50,515 nt of DNA from Thermodesulfobacteriota bacterium (GTDB lineage Bacteria; Desulfobacterota; Desulfobulbia; Desulfobulbales; SURF-16). The notes beneath the pieces are model-generated. The model worked only from the letters and a program-made list of their open reading frames with translations, was not told the origin of the DNA and made no database searches. The stretch covers positions 1-50,515 of the forward strand of contig JBDLIE010000019.1 of NCBI GenBank assembly GCA_039715015.1. The letters are read 5' to 3'. Below are positions 1 through 10,942 of this stretch, one piece after another. A program made the position numbers and the translations under genes. Numbering within the stretch: the stretch's first letter is position 1; each line of letters opens with the position of its first letter.

Positions 1-32
1 ACAAACTTTTTCCTTACCAATAGTAGCCATAA

Positions 33-998
33 TCACTTCTTTGCTCTCAATATACATTCCTCACCGGAATCTTTTTGCACTAAAAAAATAAGTGCCGCAC
101 AAATATAAAAAAACAAAGCCCTCGCAAGGGTAAACAGACTATAACGCTTCCCGTGCAAACGTTTTCCTGTACAACGTATCTCAAAACTAGCCGCCGCCAT
201 CACGAAGGTATTAACGGGAGTCGTCGATGTTTGATAATGTTCAAATCCCACCTTCTGTGCAAAAAGCTCAAGAATGTTGGGAGAAAAAAGACATAAGTGC
301 CGAGGCGGATCCAGCCCCAACCAGTTTAGCCCGAAATATTTATGACCTGAACTTTTTATATTAGGGGTGATTACAACCAGTTCCCCTGCTGATTTTAACA
401 GCCTACGGCATTCTGTCAGTAAAGTTACAGGATCATACACATGCTCAATAACATGATTCATGATAATGACATCATATGAGCCCTCTGCAAGATCAAGTTT
501 TTCAAGTTCCCCAAAATGAACTTTAATACCATGAGCAGTCCTGGCACTTTCCGCCGCCTTAGGGTCAACCTCCTGTCCTTCAACCTCCCAACCTGCCTTT
601 CGCATCCAAACTAAGCGATCACCGCTACCACAACCAACTTCTAACAATTTCCCAGGAATTTTCCGGGGACGACATAAATGGTTAAGTTTCTTATAGTCCT
701 GCCTCATAAAAATATCTTTGCAAAAACTATAAATTTTCTGCGATAGAGTTTGCTTACGCACATCTTCACCATGCGTATAATATTCATCATAAGCCTTCCA
801 GAGATCATCCTTGCAGGGCCTTGGATCCAACCAGACAAGACCACATTGCAGATTAGGACAACGCTTAATGCTCCATTTACCAGAGACTCCAAATAACCGG
901 TCCTCCAGGTCCTGGTAAAGAATGTCACCTTTACTGCCACAGATATAACAATCAAGGCAGGCCTGTACGCGCATATTTGCATCAGATACTTGTGACAT
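33..998 (-). CDS. Class I SAM-dependent methyltransferase with N-terminal Cys-rich (Zn-ribbon-like) region, glycan-locus associated
   Basis: SAM motif LLEVGCGSG; YDVIIMNHVIEHVYDP; N-terminal CYICG and CPNLQCG; PPRHL motif seen in this methyltransferase group. Confidence 0.85.
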   Translation of the reverse strand: MSQVSDANMRVQACLDCYICGSKGDILYQDLEDRLFGVSGKWSIKRCPNLQCGLVWLDPRPCKDDLWKAYDEYYTHGEDVRKQTLSQKIYSFCKDIFMRQDYKKLNHLCRPRKIPGKLLEVGCGSGDRLVWMRKAGWEVEGQEVDPKAAESARTAHGIKVHFGELEKLDLAEGSYDVIIMNHVIEHVYDPVTLLTECRRLLKSAGELVVITPNIKSSGHKYFGLNWLGLDPPRHLCLFSPNILELFAQKVGFEHYQTSTTPVNTFVMAAASFEIRCTGKRLHGKRYSLFTLARALFFYICAALIFLVQKDSGEECILRAKK

Positions 999-1013
999 AA
1001 TTTCGAAAATAAT

Positions 1014-2561
1014 TTAGTTAAAGAGGGGAAAGTTTTTCAGGTAATTACGTATGAATGATTTGTCTTCTTTCGTTAAGAAAAGAAACCAAACTGCAGGGAT
1101 TAGCAAAAGAATAATACCGGAAAAATAAACGACCTTGAAAAATATATTTTCCATCCCTGCAGCTATCAACAAAATGAGTAATGCAACACATAATGAAAGA
1201 GCTTTTTGTTGGATGAACACAACATTTGAAGGAAGATATCGTTTCGATATAAAAAAAAGTAGTAATGTATCCAAGATTACCCGCCCCACCCAGGCAATAG
1301 CAGCTCCTTCTATCCCGTAAAGATCAACCAATAGCCAGAGTGCCAGAAGATAAATCGGAAGTTCAAAAAGGTGTAATTTCGCTGTTATGTCTGGTTTTCC
1401 TGCCCCTTGGATTAAGGCAAAAGGAATGTGACCAAGGCTATTTATCAATACCCCAACTGAAATCCACTGCAACACCCTGGTACTATTCTCAGCGAACTCA
1501 GCACCGAGCCACAACCCCAAACCTTGCTGGGCAAAGATCACAATCGCGAGGACAACTGGGAACAATGCGACAAAAATATAGTTCACGCCCCTATTAAACA
1601 ACCGCTGAGCATGAAATTTATCGTTGACCAGCGTTGTGGAAAAAGCAGGAAACAAAACACCAGCCACAGCATAAGGAACAAGCCAGAGCTTTGTCGCGAC
1701 CTCATACGGTGTGACATAATAGGCAACTGCAGCCATGGCAATCATGCTGCCGATCAAAAATCGATCAATATAAACTAAAAACGGACCAAGCGCATTGCTG
1801 ACACTCATCCACCCCCCAAAACTCAGCAATGGCCGAAACAGATTCCTTTGTATTTTGGCCTTGCCAAGCAAATCAGGAACTAAGCGGACACACAAGAACA
1901 GACTCCAGATGCAGACAATTAAACGTCCACAACCCAGCACCCACATAACCGGCACCAGGCTATCTGAAAAAGGCAAAACCAAAACCGGGCCAAGAAAAGT
2001 TATAACACCAAGGGGTATTCTAACAGCATTGGCCAAATCAAAACGTTGATAGGCTTCAAGAATACCTCTTAACCCGGTTGAGGCAATAACAAACGGAATT
2101 GACAAAGATAGGACATAGAAAGAATGTACGGTTTCTACCTGCAAGAAACTTGGCACATTTAAAATATTGAAGACAAGCTGGTGGGAAACTGCAACGACAA
2201 CGAATGTCCCCAAAAAGCCCAGGGCGGTCATCAGGCATAAACCTGTTTGGGCTAGATCGGGAATAGTATCCCCATCCCCTGCCCCCAGTTTCTCGGCAAT
2301 CAACTTTGTCAGTGCCCTGCCAAGGCCTAAGTCAAAAAGACTAAAATATCCAATGACCATCCAGGCAAGAGACAAAATACCGAAACGATCCGTTCCCAGA
2401 CCGTTGATCAAAAAGGGAAAGGCGAAAAAGGCAACTACCAAGGGCGCACTGTGACCAACTATATTCCAAAGAGCATTACGGGCAAGTTTTGGCCCGCTCG
2501 TTAACTGATCAACATCCGATGTGCCTTCGTATGCAAATGGGGAATCTTTCTGGACTTTCAT
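1014..2561 (-). CDS. wzx: Wzx-type polysaccharide/O-antigen flippase (MOP superfamily)
   Basis: Multi-pass membrane protein of 515 aa with family signatures LARNALWN, FDLGLGRAL, YIDRFLIG, GIEGAAIA. Confidence 0.85.
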   Translation of the reverse strand: MKVQKDSPFAYEGTSDVDQLTSGPKLARNALWNIVGHSAPLVVAFFAFPFLINGLGTDRFGILSLAWMVIGYFSLFDLGLGRALTKLIAEKLGAGDGDTIPDLAQTGLCLMTALGFLGTFVVVAVSHQLVFNILNVPSFLQVETVHSFYVLSLSIPFVIASTGLRGILEAYQRFDLANAVRIPLGVITFLGPVLVLPFSDSLVPVMWVLGCGRLIVCIWSLFLCVRLVPDLLGKAKIQRNLFRPLLSFGGWMSVSNALGPFLVYIDRFLIGSMIAMAAVAYYVTPYEVATKLWLVPYAVAGVLFPAFSTTLVNDKFHAQRLFNRGVNYIFVALFPVVLAIVIFAQQGLGLWLGAEFAENSTRVLQWISVGVLINSLGHIPFALIQGAGKPDITAKLHLFELPIYLLALWLLVDLYGIEGAAIAWVGRVILDTLLLFFISKRYLPSNVVFIQQKALSLCVALLILLIAAGMENIFFKVVYFSGIILLLIPAVWFLFLTKEDKSFIRNYLKNFPLFN

Positions 2562-2676
2562 CTACTTACCACAATTTGTCATCACCCAATACTGCGAGCT
2601 AGCACAAATCAATAAAGTACCACCAATTTAGTCGTCCCTGAACAAATCATTTCAGAGGATCAGCTTTTCCTCAGAA

Positions 2677-2955
2677 TCAATTGTAAACTAGTTCTAGCTT
2701 TTTCATGAGAGTTATTCCCCGCTGTGCCATGTTAGGACGTTCGTTATTGTAGGTCCAGAGCCAACGTGTAGCATATCCATGCACATCTTCTATTGAATCA
2801 AACAGATACTGGGCCAACCAGCATAGCGAGCTGTACGATTGTACCGTTCAATATATAAGCTTTTTGCTGCAGTTTTCCCAGGTGACTACAGTAAGACGAA
2901 TTCCTTGCTTCTCCGCTCATTTCATAATTTGGCTCATGATGTATTTAGGGCCATT
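2677..2955 (-). pseudogene. Degenerate IS3-family transposase (OrfB integrase C-terminus) remnant
   Basis: Manual translation across frameshifts and a stop gives NGPKYI..K*AEKQGIRL..PGK..YIERYNRT..WLAQYLFDSIEDVHGYATRWLWTYNNERPNMA..GIT, the typical IS3 OrfB C-terminus. Confidence 0.85.
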
Positions 2956-3049
2956 GCAAGAAAGAATAGTCCTAGGCTAGACGCGCCATATAACGACTTG
3001 CTTCACAGCTCAGATTACACTTTCAGATGGCAAAGAAAAAATGGCTCCC

Positions 3050-4984
3050 CTATTCTTGGCCCCTAAAATTAAAACCTAGTCTATTGAGACGTTTTTTGAG
3101 ACCACCGAACCCTTCGTTCAGCAATACCCATAACCCAGAACGATAGGCAGCAGGACTGACAAGCAGTCGGCACCAGTCTTTTAAGCTTGGATGAGGCCTT
3201 AGAGACGCAGCAGGTTCATCACCAACAGGAATGGATTGTCTGTACGCACGCGCCGCAAAAATCGCTGCCTGCCACTTATCTGCTGATTGAGAAAGAGAAT
3301 AATGATCGCGGCAAAATTTTCTTGCAGCTGAGGCCATTATGGCACGCCCCTCTGGATCAAGCACCAATCGCCGTATCGCTTCGTACCATGCATGCTCATC
3401 ATTATCTACCAACACACCCGTAATTTCGTTTTGCACCACGTCATTATAAGGAGGGACATTTGAACACACCGAGACGACTCCACACGACCCATAGTCAAGA
3501 AACTTAATCGCACTCTTGCAGGAACTAAAAATAGACATATCCAACGGAATAATACCAATAGCGTTGTCATGCGCCACGATGAAGTCTAAGAAAGATTGAT
3601 AAGGCAAGTTTTCGATACAAGTAATGGGAATGCCTGCCTTATCCAAAAACTCACCCGGCGGACCAATGCCAATGATCTCAATATGAAGATCACTATCCGC
3701 AGCAAGGGAATGAAGAGCAGGAACAATAAAATCCACGCGTACGGTATCACTCGAAGCAATAAATATCGTCACGGGCTTATCATCAGCAATGTGTCGAACA
3801 TTATCACTCATCTGTATTGGACAGTTGCGGATAACTCTGATGCTTGGATTGTATTGCGTCAACTGACTAGCAAGTCTCTGAGTCGTAGTCGTAACCATAT
3901 CAACATTACGTAGTATCGACTCAATATTTTGCTTCGCACGTTGGTAATGAGCATATGTGGCTAGAAATTTCGGAACATCAGTTAACAAGTCATCAATATC
4001 GAAAATAACTGCCTTGCCATGTTGCTGGAAACGTCTAACAAGATCAATTATGTGGTGGCTAGATTCTCGTTGCAGTACAATTACATCAGCCCACAGGATA
4101 TCTCTAACCTGGTATTCCGATATACTTTTACACCGAATCTCCCCCCCATACTTCTCAGCCCAGGCGGTCAGAGGATTAGAAAGGCGAATCTCACCGATAG
4201 TCCAGTCCGATATAGGGGGGAGGATAAGGACACGAGCACTAGGCATATTTTCGAAATAAGGATTTGGATTGCCCGGGCACGCCTGAACAACATACTGAAA
4301 TACGTCAGCAGCATCGTCGTTGACATGCTGAGATATTGCATCAAGAAGAGCTGGATCGAATGCAATGCCTATGGAATCAGCAGGCAATCGCACCGAAACA
4401 ACGGACAACACACGATAACCAGTGAGAGCGAAAAGCTCCATGAGGCCACGCTTGTCAAAGAATCGCATGTGTGTTCGGTCGAGCACCCCCCTATCACTGT
4501 ACTCCCACCGCCCCTCCAATAGCATAAGACGCACCGCCAAATGTGCTACATTTGGCACAGAAGCAACGATGATTCCTCCAGGCAGAAGCCGCTCACGAAT
4601 TTTTACCAATACCTCACCCGGGTTGACTAAATGCTCAAGAACATCGCCAAAAATAATGCAATCAAACTGCTCTTTACTGTAAACTGGAGAGTCAAGATAG
4701 GCTTCAATAGTGCCAGCGAACACATGATCCAGTCGCTCCTCTGCGAGCGCCGCGCATTCAGCAGAAATCTCAACACCAAAAACTGAATGACCGGCAAGCT
4801 TAAGCGTTTCTCCAAAATATCCTGTATTGCAGCCTACTTCGAGAATTCGGGCCTTATTCCCACGAAATGTATCGGCAATAAAATTATAGGTGATAGTGTG
4901 CGAGTTATTCCTGACACTCAGATCGATCTCCCCTTCATAAACCGAGGTATTAGCAACGTTGGTCATGTGACGATTAACTATCAT
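3050..4984 (-). CDS. Methyltransferase-glycosyltransferase (GT4-like) fusion protein
   Basis: N-terminal ILEVGCNTG, FGDVLEHL and GVLDRTHMRFF; C-terminal GT-B features FDIDD, KSAIKFLDY, SNVPPYNDVV, TGVLV. Confidence 0.85.
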   Translation of the reverse strand: MIVNRHMTNVANTSVYEGEIDLSVRNNSHTITYNFIADTFRGNKARILEVGCNTGYFGETLKLAGHSVFGVEISAECAALAEERLDHVFAGTIEAYLDSPVYSKEQFDCIIFGDVLEHLVNPGEVLVKIRERLLPGGIIVASVPNVAHLAVRLMLLEGRWEYSDRGVLDRTHMRFFDKRGLMELFALTGYRVLSVVSVRLPADSIGIAFDPALLDAISQHVNDDAADVFQYVVQACPGNPNPYFENMPSARVLILPPISDWTIGEIRLSNPLTAWAEKYGGEIRCKSISEYQVRDILWADVIVLQRESSHHIIDLVRRFQQHGKAVIFDIDDLLTDVPKFLATYAHYQRAKQNIESILRNVDMVTTTTQRLASQLTQYNPSIRVIRNCPIQMSDNVRHIADDKPVTIFIASSDTVRVDFIVPALHSLAADSDLHIEIIGIGPPGEFLDKAGIPITCIENLPYQSFLDFIVAHDNAIGIIPLDMSIFSSCKSAIKFLDYGSCGVVSVCSNVPPYNDVVQNEITGVLVDNDEHAWYEAIRRLVLDPEGRAIMASAARKFCRDHYSLSQSADKWQAAIFAARAYRQSIPVGDEPAASLRPHPSLKDWCRLLVSPAAYRSGLWVLLNEGFGGLKKRLNRLGFNFRGQE

Positions 4985-5056
4985 TAATATTCTTCCACAA
5001 AATTAGTAGGTTTTCTCAAAACTCATTACATCCAACCGGTCTACTGCTATATGAGA

Positions 5057-6433
5057 TTAGCCAACATCTGTTTTTGTGGCCATGGATATTGCCAGCATGG
5101 GTACGCCCACAAGACCTGTACATAAACTGTTTGAAGCGGATTTCAGGATCATTGCATCGTGGATCCATTGATGCTGAAAAGGTTCCTGCTGAGTGCCATC
5201 GGCGATCGCTACAGTCACAGAATATTCTCCTTTAGGGAGAATAGGCATCTGAAAGAAGAATTTAGCCTCTAAAGTAACACCCGCCTCAGCTCTTACAGGT
5301 TGTTCAATCAAAGTGAGAAAAGTATTGTCGCCGAACAATGCCTGTCCAAGCCGGTCTTTCACAATAAAACCAACGATCGGACTTTCAAGGGTCTCAAGGG
5401 TAGCGCAGCACACACACAGTTTAACCAATTCCCCGCCGACAACCCAGGCAAGCGGTGTGTTGTTTTCATCTGTAAGCACGACCGAAGTGATGTAGGCACC
5501 ACCAGACCCAAAAGATTTTGCATTTGGTTGAAACTGAAACACCTCAATATCGTTGCGCAGGTTCGTAGTATTGATGAAATCAAGACGCATATCACGATAA
5601 GACATTTTAGGCACATCAATAGGTTCTGAAGATGTTGTGTCAGGCTTAGCCCCAGTGGAAGTACCTCCCTGGGTTGTTTCATATAACTTAGCAAGATAAG
5701 CTTCGCTGATCTCTTTTGGCGATCCGGATTGACGAACTGATCCGTGATTAAGCCAAAAGGCCTCTTGGCAAAGTGCAACAACAGCTGCGATATCGTGACT
5801 AACAAAAAGGATAGTTCCATTTTCACGAAAATTCCGCAGAAACCGCATGCACTTTTGTGTAAAAAAAGCATCGCCTACGGACAACGCCTCATCGACTACC
5901 AAAATATCTGCATCTACATGGGCAATCACCGAAAATGCTAAGCGTACATACATACCACTAGAGTAAGTTTTTACAGGTTGATCAATAAACTCTCCAATAT
6001 CAGCAAAAGCAATAATATCATCAAGACGTGCATCAATTTCTTCTTTGGTCAACCCAAGAATAGACGCATTCATGTAAACATTTTCACGCCCCGTAAATTC
6101 AATATTAAAACCGGCACCGAGTTCCAGCAGAGACGCTACCCTGCCAAATGTCTCTATAGTACCGGAGGTGGGCGTTAAAGTGCCGCATACTATTTGCAGA
6201 AGAGTAGATTTGCCGCTACCATTGCGACCAATGATACCGCATGTTGCTCCTTTTTTTATTTCAAAGGAAACATCTCTCAGCGCCCAAAATTCCTGAAAAT
6301 ATTGTTTGGACTGTTTCCCAACAAGCCGATGCAAACGCGGATAGACAGACTGTTTGAGACGATCATGCGGTTTATCGTAAACCTGATAGCATTTACTAAT
6401 ATTTTCTACCTTAATAGCAACCTCAGAGGACAT
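5057..6433 (-). CDS. wzt: O-antigen ABC transporter ATPase with C-terminal Wzt_C carbohydrate-binding domain (start reassigned to MSSEV)
   Basis: Walker A GRNGSGKS, signature YSSGM, Walker B ILVVDE, long beta-rich C-terminal extension; ATG at 6433 overlaps the wzm end. Confidence 0.93.
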   Translation of the reverse strand: MSSEVAIKVENISKCYQVYDKPHDRLKQSVYPRLHRLVGKQSKQYFQEFWALRDVSFEIKKGATCGIIGRNGSGKSTLLQIVCGTLTPTSGTIETFGRVASLLELGAGFNIEFTGRENVYMNASILGLTKEEIDARLDDIIAFADIGEFIDQPVKTYSSGMYVRLAFSVIAHVDADILVVDEALSVGDAFFTQKCMRFLRNFRENGTILFVSHDIAAVVALCQEAFWLNHGSVRQSGSPKEISEAYLAKLYETTQGGTSTGAKPDTTSSEPIDVPKMSYRDMRLDFINTTNLRNDIEVFQFQPNAKSFGSGGAYITSVVLTDENNTPLAWVVGGELVKLCVCCATLETLESPIVGFIVKDRLGQALFGDNTFLTLIEQPVRAEAGVTLEAKFFFQMPILPKGEYSVTVAIADGTQQEPFQHQWIHDAMILKSASNSLCTGLVGVPMLAISMATKTDVG

Positions 6434-7250
6434 CAGCAAACCCCTTTCTTGTCTTTTGGAAGAATGCAAAACCAAGCCAAGCGACCAATGCAGCACCTAG
6501 GAGATAGATAGTCAAGATTTTTAGATTAGGGATTTTACCCCAGAACAGCACTTCACGGGTTTGTTTAATTATGGGAGAGAGAGGGTTCAGTAGCAGTAAC
6601 TTCTGATACTTTTCAGGTAGCGCACTGGCAGGGTAAAAAATCGGTGAAAGAAACATCAAAATCGTTGTGATGATGCCTACAAATTGAGAGATATCTCGTA
6701 AATATACACCCAATGAAGCAAGTGACCATGTGAAACCCATAACAAAAAGTAACAAGGACAGGGTGACCAATGGCAGTAGCAATATGGTGAGGTGTGGAGC
6801 CCCAAAAAAAATAAAGTAAAAAATAAACCACACACTAAGACTGATAAGGGCATGAAACAAAGATGAACCCAAAACAACCCAAGGCAATATCTCTAAAGGA
6901 AAAACAACCTTCTTGACATAATTAACATTGGCAACAATAAGACTAGGGGCGCGATTGATGCAATCAGAAAAAAAATTAAATACAATAAGCCCCACAAATA
7001 AAATAAGCGCAAACTCGCTTTTCGAATCAGCTCCAGTACTCCAACGAGCCTTAAAGACCACGCTGAAGACAAAAGTATAGACGGCCAACATGAATAAAGG
7101 GTTAAAAAACGACCAAGCAAGTCCCAAGAAAGAACCGCGGTAGCGACCAATAACTTCGCGCTTGGTCATTTGGGCAATAAGTTGACGATTTACAAAAAAA
7201 CTACGAATTGCATTGATAGGGTTTATGGAGACCGGAGCATGTGGATTCAT
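6423..7250 (-). CDS. wzm: O-antigen ABC transporter permease
   Basis: RYRGSFLGLAWSFFNPL, YVKKVVFP, LSPIFYP and C-terminal GFADVL motifs. Confidence 0.93.
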   Translation of the reverse strand: MNPHAPVSINPINAIRSFFVNRQLIAQMTKREVIGRYRGSFLGLAWSFFNPLFMLAVYTFVFSVVFKARWSTGADSKSEFALILFVGLIVFNFFSDCINRAPSLIVANVNYVKKVVFPLEILPWVVLGSSLFHALISLSVWFIFYFIFFGAPHLTILLLPLVTLSLLLFVMGFTWSLASLGVYLRDISQFVGIITTILMFLSPIFYPASALPEKYQKLLLLNPLSPIIKQTREVLFWGKIPNLKILTIYLLGAALVAWLGFAFFQKTRKGFADVL

Positions 7251-8152
7251 GGCATGTCCATGCAGAGTTCTAACGCCTCATCCCAACTTGGCATTATCAC
7301 ATTATACTTTTGTTGCAATTTGGCTATCGCCATACAGGAGTTCTTCGGGCGTTTGGCTAGCGTAGGGTATTCAGCGGTACTGATAGGGTGAATATTCTGT
7401 ATTTTCATAACATCACTTTTGCTTTGTTTATGGGCTATCTCCCTTATATTTTTGGCAAAACTGTGCCAGGTTGTTTGGCCAGAGGAGGTGAGATGATAGA
7501 GTTCTGATTGGAATGTTTTTTGTTGTCGTTCAACCAGTGACTGTTTGACAATCTGGGCGGTTGTCTCGGCAATGAGTCTTGCCCAGGTGGGGGTTCCTGT
7601 CTGGTCGGCGATGATGCGTAAGTTTTCCCTTTCCTTCATTAACTTGAGCATGGTCAACAAAAAATTGTTGCCACGAGAACCATACACCCATGATGTCCGC
7701 AGAATCACATGATCTGCATCAATGGTTTGGATGGCCTGCTCACCAGCCAGTTTACTTGCACCGTAGATATTAATTGGCTTAGGCCCATCTGTCTCAGTGT
7801 AGGGTGTTTGTTTGTTACCATCAAAGACATAATCAGTGGAGTAGTGGATCAGCAATGCCTTCTGTTGTTTGGCCTCTTCTGCCAAGACACCAGGGGCACT
7901 ACCGTTTACTTGCATTGCCAACTCTTGCTCCTCTTCAGCCTTATCTACCGCAGTGTAGGCAGCGGCATTGACAATAACATCCGGCTTTATGTGTTGGATA
8001 GCTTTTCGGATAGATTCATTATCAGCCAAATCCAGGGCGTGCCTGTCCAGGGCGACGATATGCCCAAGGGGGAGCAGGGTGCGCTGCAGTTCCCAGCCAA
8101 CCTGGCCGTTTTTGCCGGTGATAAGGATTATGGGTGATGTAGGTGATTTCAA
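7247..8152 (-). CDS. rmlD: dTDP-4-dehydrorhamnose reductase
   Basis: GKNGQVG, NAAAYTAVDKAE, HYSTDYVFDG, YGASK; TTG start overlaps the rmlC stop. Confidence 0.96.
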   Translation of the reverse strand: MKSPTSPIILITGKNGQVGWELQRTLLPLGHIVALDRHALDLADNESIRKAIQHIKPDVIVNAAAYTAVDKAEEEQELAMQVNGSAPGVLAEEAKQQKALLIHYSTDYVFDGNKQTPYTETDGPKPINIYGASKLAGEQAIQTIDADHVILRTSWVYGSRGNNFLLTMLKLMKERENLRIIADQTGTPTWARLIAETTAQIVKQSLVERQQKTFQSELYHLTSSGQTTWHSFAKNIREIAHKQSKSDVMKIQNIHPISTAEYPTLAKRPKNSCMAIAKLQQKYNVIMPSWDEALELCMDMP

Positions 8153-8745
8153 TTCCCCTCACCCCTGCCCTCTCCCTTTGGAGAGGGGGTTACGATTGGG
8201 TGATCAAAGTAGTCGGCTTTTGCAAATGGCTGGCCCTGCTTGTCCTTGGCTGAAAGTGAAGGCTGGCCGTCTATGGGCCAGTTAATATCAAGATTCGAAT
8301 CGTCCCAGACGATGCAGCGTTCATATTCCGGGGCATAATAATCAGTGGTTTTATACAGAAATTCGGCGTACTCACTTAACACGACAAAACCGTGGGCAAA
8401 GCCGGCCGGTACCCAGAACTGTTTCTTATTTTCCGCAGAGAGATACTCGCCCACCCATTGTCCGAAAGTAGATGATTTCTTGCGAATATCAACTGCCACA
8501 TCAAATACTTCGCCGCTCACAACACGGACCAATTTACCCTGGGGCTGTTTTATCTGGTAATGCAGGCCACGCAGCACATTTTTGCTTGAACGTGAATGAT
8601 TGTCCTGGACAAAGCATACGTCATAACCAACTGCCTGGTTAAAGGCCTTAGCATTGAAACTTTCAAAGAAGAAACCTCGGTCGTCACCAAAGACATGAGG
8701 CTCAATGACTAACACCTCTGGAATAGCGGTAGGAGTTACCTTCAT
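8149..8745 (-). CDS. rmlC: dTDP-4-dehydrorhamnose 3,5-epimerase
   Basis: [30 protein letters not shown]-terminal tail is repeat-derived. Confidence 0.96.
   Translation of the reverse strand: MKVTPTAIPEVLVIEPHVFGDDRGFFFESFNAKAFNQAVGYDVCFVQDNHSRSSKNVLRGLHYQIKQPQGKLVRVVSGEVFDVAVDIRKKSSTFGQWVGEYLSAENKKQFWVPAGFAHGFVVLSEYAEFLYKTTDYYAPEYERCIVWDDSNLDINWPIDGQPSLSAKDKQGQPFAKADYFDHPIVTPSPKGEGRGEGN
8155..8190. repeat. BoxC-like palindromic repeat (CCCCTCACCCCTGCCCTCTCCCTTTGGAGAGGGGGT) inside the rmlC 3' end
   Basis: Matches the widespread CCCTCACCC..CCCTCTCC..GGAGAGGG repeat pattern; hairpin CCCTCTCC-cttt-GGAGAGGG. Confidence 0.7.
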
Positions 8746-9626
8746 ACTTTCCGGCCACGCTCTAAAATTTTCACCAAATACTGGCCATAACCATTCTTCA
8801 ACAAGGTCTGAGCCAGTGCTTCCAACTGGTCATCGCTGATATAGCCCATATTCCAGGCGATTTCTTCAGGACAAGACACCTTTAAACCCTGGCGCTGTTC
8901 CAGTATTTCTACAAAACGCGAGGCATCAAGGAGGGATGCGTGGGTTCCGGTATCAAGCCAGGCATATCCACGCCCCATCAGAGAGACTTCTAACTGTTCC
9001 TGATCTAGATAGCGTTGGTTAACCTCAGTAATTTCTAATTCCCCACGAGCAGAGGGCTTGATATCAGAGGCAATATCCACCACCTGATTATCATAAAAAT
9101 AAAGCCCTGTTATTGCATAATCAGATTTTGGTTTCTGAGGTTTCTCCTCCAGGCTAATCACTTTTCCCTGCTCGTTAAATTCTACGACACCGTAGCGTTC
9201 TGGATCTTTAACCTGATAAGCAAAAACTGTAGCGCCAGTCTGGTTATTGGCTGCCGGCATCAATAACTTGGAGAAATCATGACCATGGAAGATATTATCC
9301 CCCAAAACCAAGGCACTGGGATTATTACCTATAAAATCTTTACCGATAATAAAAGCCTGGGCCAGACCATCAGGGGAAGGTTGAACGGCATAGCTGATGT
9401 TGAGTCCTAACTTTTCGCCATCCCCCAGCAGGTTCTGAAACAATGGGGTATCTTGTGGCGTGGAAATAATCAGAATGTCTTTTATCCCTGCCAGCATCAA
9501 AGTTGACAAAGGGTAATAGATCATTGGCTTATCATAAATCGGCAAAAGCTGCTTTGAAACTGCCATGGTTAACGGATATAAACGTGTACCGGAGCCGCCC
9601 GCCAATATAATTCCCTTTCGCGACAT
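8742..9626 (-). CDS. rmlA: Glucose-1-phosphate thymidylyltransferase
   Basis: [44 protein letters not shown]. Confidence 0.97.
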   Translation of the reverse strand: MSRKGIILAGGSGTRLYPLTMAVSKQLLPIYDKPMIYYPLSTLMLAGIKDILIISTPQDTPLFQNLLGDGEKLGLNISYAVQPSPDGLAQAFIIGKDFIGNNPSALVLGDNIFHGHDFSKLLMPAANNQTGATVFAYQVKDPERYGVVEFNEQGKVISLEEKPQKPKSDYAITGLYFYDNQVVDIASDIKPSARGELEITEVNQRYLDQEQLEVSLMGRGYAWLDTGTHASLLDASRFVEILEQRQGLKVSCPEEIAWNMGYISDDQLEALAQTLLKNGYGQYLVKILERGRKV

Positions 9627-10702
9627 TATCTTCCCCCGTAATTTTCGACAATCCAGTTCTGATAACTACCATTGACGATATTTTCTACCCACGCCAAATT
9701 CTCCAGATACCAGGCGACTGTTTTCCTGATGCCCGACTCAAATGTTTCTGATGGTGTCCAACCAATCTCCTTTGAAATCTTGGTGGCATCTATGGCATAG
9801 CGATGATCATGGCCGGGCCGATCCTTAACAAATGTAATGAGGCGGCGATAGGGTGTCCCAGATGAGTCAGGTGCCAACTCATCAAGAATGTCACACACGG
9901 CATGAACGATTTCCAGATTCGTTTTCTCGTGGTTACCACCGATGTTATAGACTTCGCCCACTTTCCCCTTGTCCAGTACTTCGCGAATGGCTGCACAGTG
10001 ATCGCCTACATAAAGCCAGTCACGAATATTTTTACCATCACCATAAATGGGTAGGCTTTGCCCCTTGAGGGCATTCATGATGATCAGCGGAATCAATTTT
10101 TCGGGAAACTGATAGGGGCCATAATTGTTCGAACAGTTTGTGGTGAGAACGGGCAATCCGTATGTATGATGATAGGAACGGACAAGATGATCGGAAGACG
10201 CCTTAGATGCCGAATAAGGGCTATTAGGCGCATAGGCGTTCTTTTCTGTGAATGCCGGGTCGGAGGAGGCAAGGGAACCATAAACCTCATCTGTTGAAAC
10301 GTGTAAAAACCGGAACTGTTCTTTCTGCTGATCTTGTAGTTGCAACCAGTGGCCACGAACCGATTCTAAAAGATGAAAGGTTCCAGTGATATTTGTCTGA
10401 ATAAAATCTTCGGGACCGTGGATCGATCGATCCACATGACTTTCAGCTGCAAAATTAACAATTGCCTGGGGCTTATATTGGTCGAGCAGCTTGTCAATGA
10501 GGGCCCTATCACCGATATCACCCTGGGCAAAAACATGCTGAGGATGGTCTTTTACTGCCTTTAAATTATCTAGATTACCCGCATAGGTAAGCTTATCAAG
10601 ATTAATTACCCTGCTTTTGTTTACCTTCAACCAATCCAATACAAAGTTTGAGCCAATAAAACCAGCGCCACCTGTTACTAAAATCGTATCCAACTCATAC
10701 AC
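9626..10702 (-). CDS. rmlB: dTDP-glucose 4,6-dehydratase
   Basis: [40 protein letters not shown]. Confidence 0.97.
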   Translation of the reverse strand: MYELDTILVTGGAGFIGSNFVLDWLKVNKSRVINLDKLTYAGNLDNLKAVKDHPQHVFAQGDIGDRALIDKLLDQYKPQAIVNFAAESHVDRSIHGPEDFIQTNITGTFHLLESVRGHWLQLQDQQKEQFRFLHVSTDEVYGSLASSDPAFTEKNAYAPNSPYSASKASSDHLVRSYHHTYGLPVLTTNCSNNYGPYQFPEKLIPLIIMNALKGQSLPIYGDGKNIRDWLYVGDHCAAIREVLDKGKVGEVYNIGGNHEKTNLEIVHAVCDILDELAPDSSGTPYRRLITFVKDRPGHDHRYAIDATKISKEIGWTPSETFESGIRKTVAWYLENLAWVENIVNGSYQNWIVENYGGR

Positions 10703-10942
10703 CTTATTAATTATCCAACAATATTGTTATTCTAGGAGGGAGGGGGGAACTAAAGATTACCTAACTACCTCATCAGTCCTGATTTGAAAAGAAAAAAAAC
10801 CCTTATTTCCTGTTAAAAAAGGTGACTAAACTGAGGCCCGTCGGCATTAGTAGTGGCCACTCGGGCACGTCTATATTCAGCGGGACAGACAGGCCCTCAA
10901 ATTTGAGAGGGAACTAAAAATAAACACTCTTATATGTCCCTG

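Noticed and set aside
2839..3066. 75-aa plus-strand ORF
   Set aside because: It is antisense to the IS3 relic and shows no recognisable motifs.
6423..6496. TGA ending wzm as recoded, and the 21-aa N-terminal extension of wzt in the ORF track
   Set aside because: GFADVL is the normal Wzm C-terminus, and the ATG at 6433 gives a normal Wzt start.
10703..10942. JUMPStart/ops element upstream of rmlB
   Set aside because: No GGCGGTAG found on the coding strand; only a short GGGAACTAAA duplication of unclear meaning.
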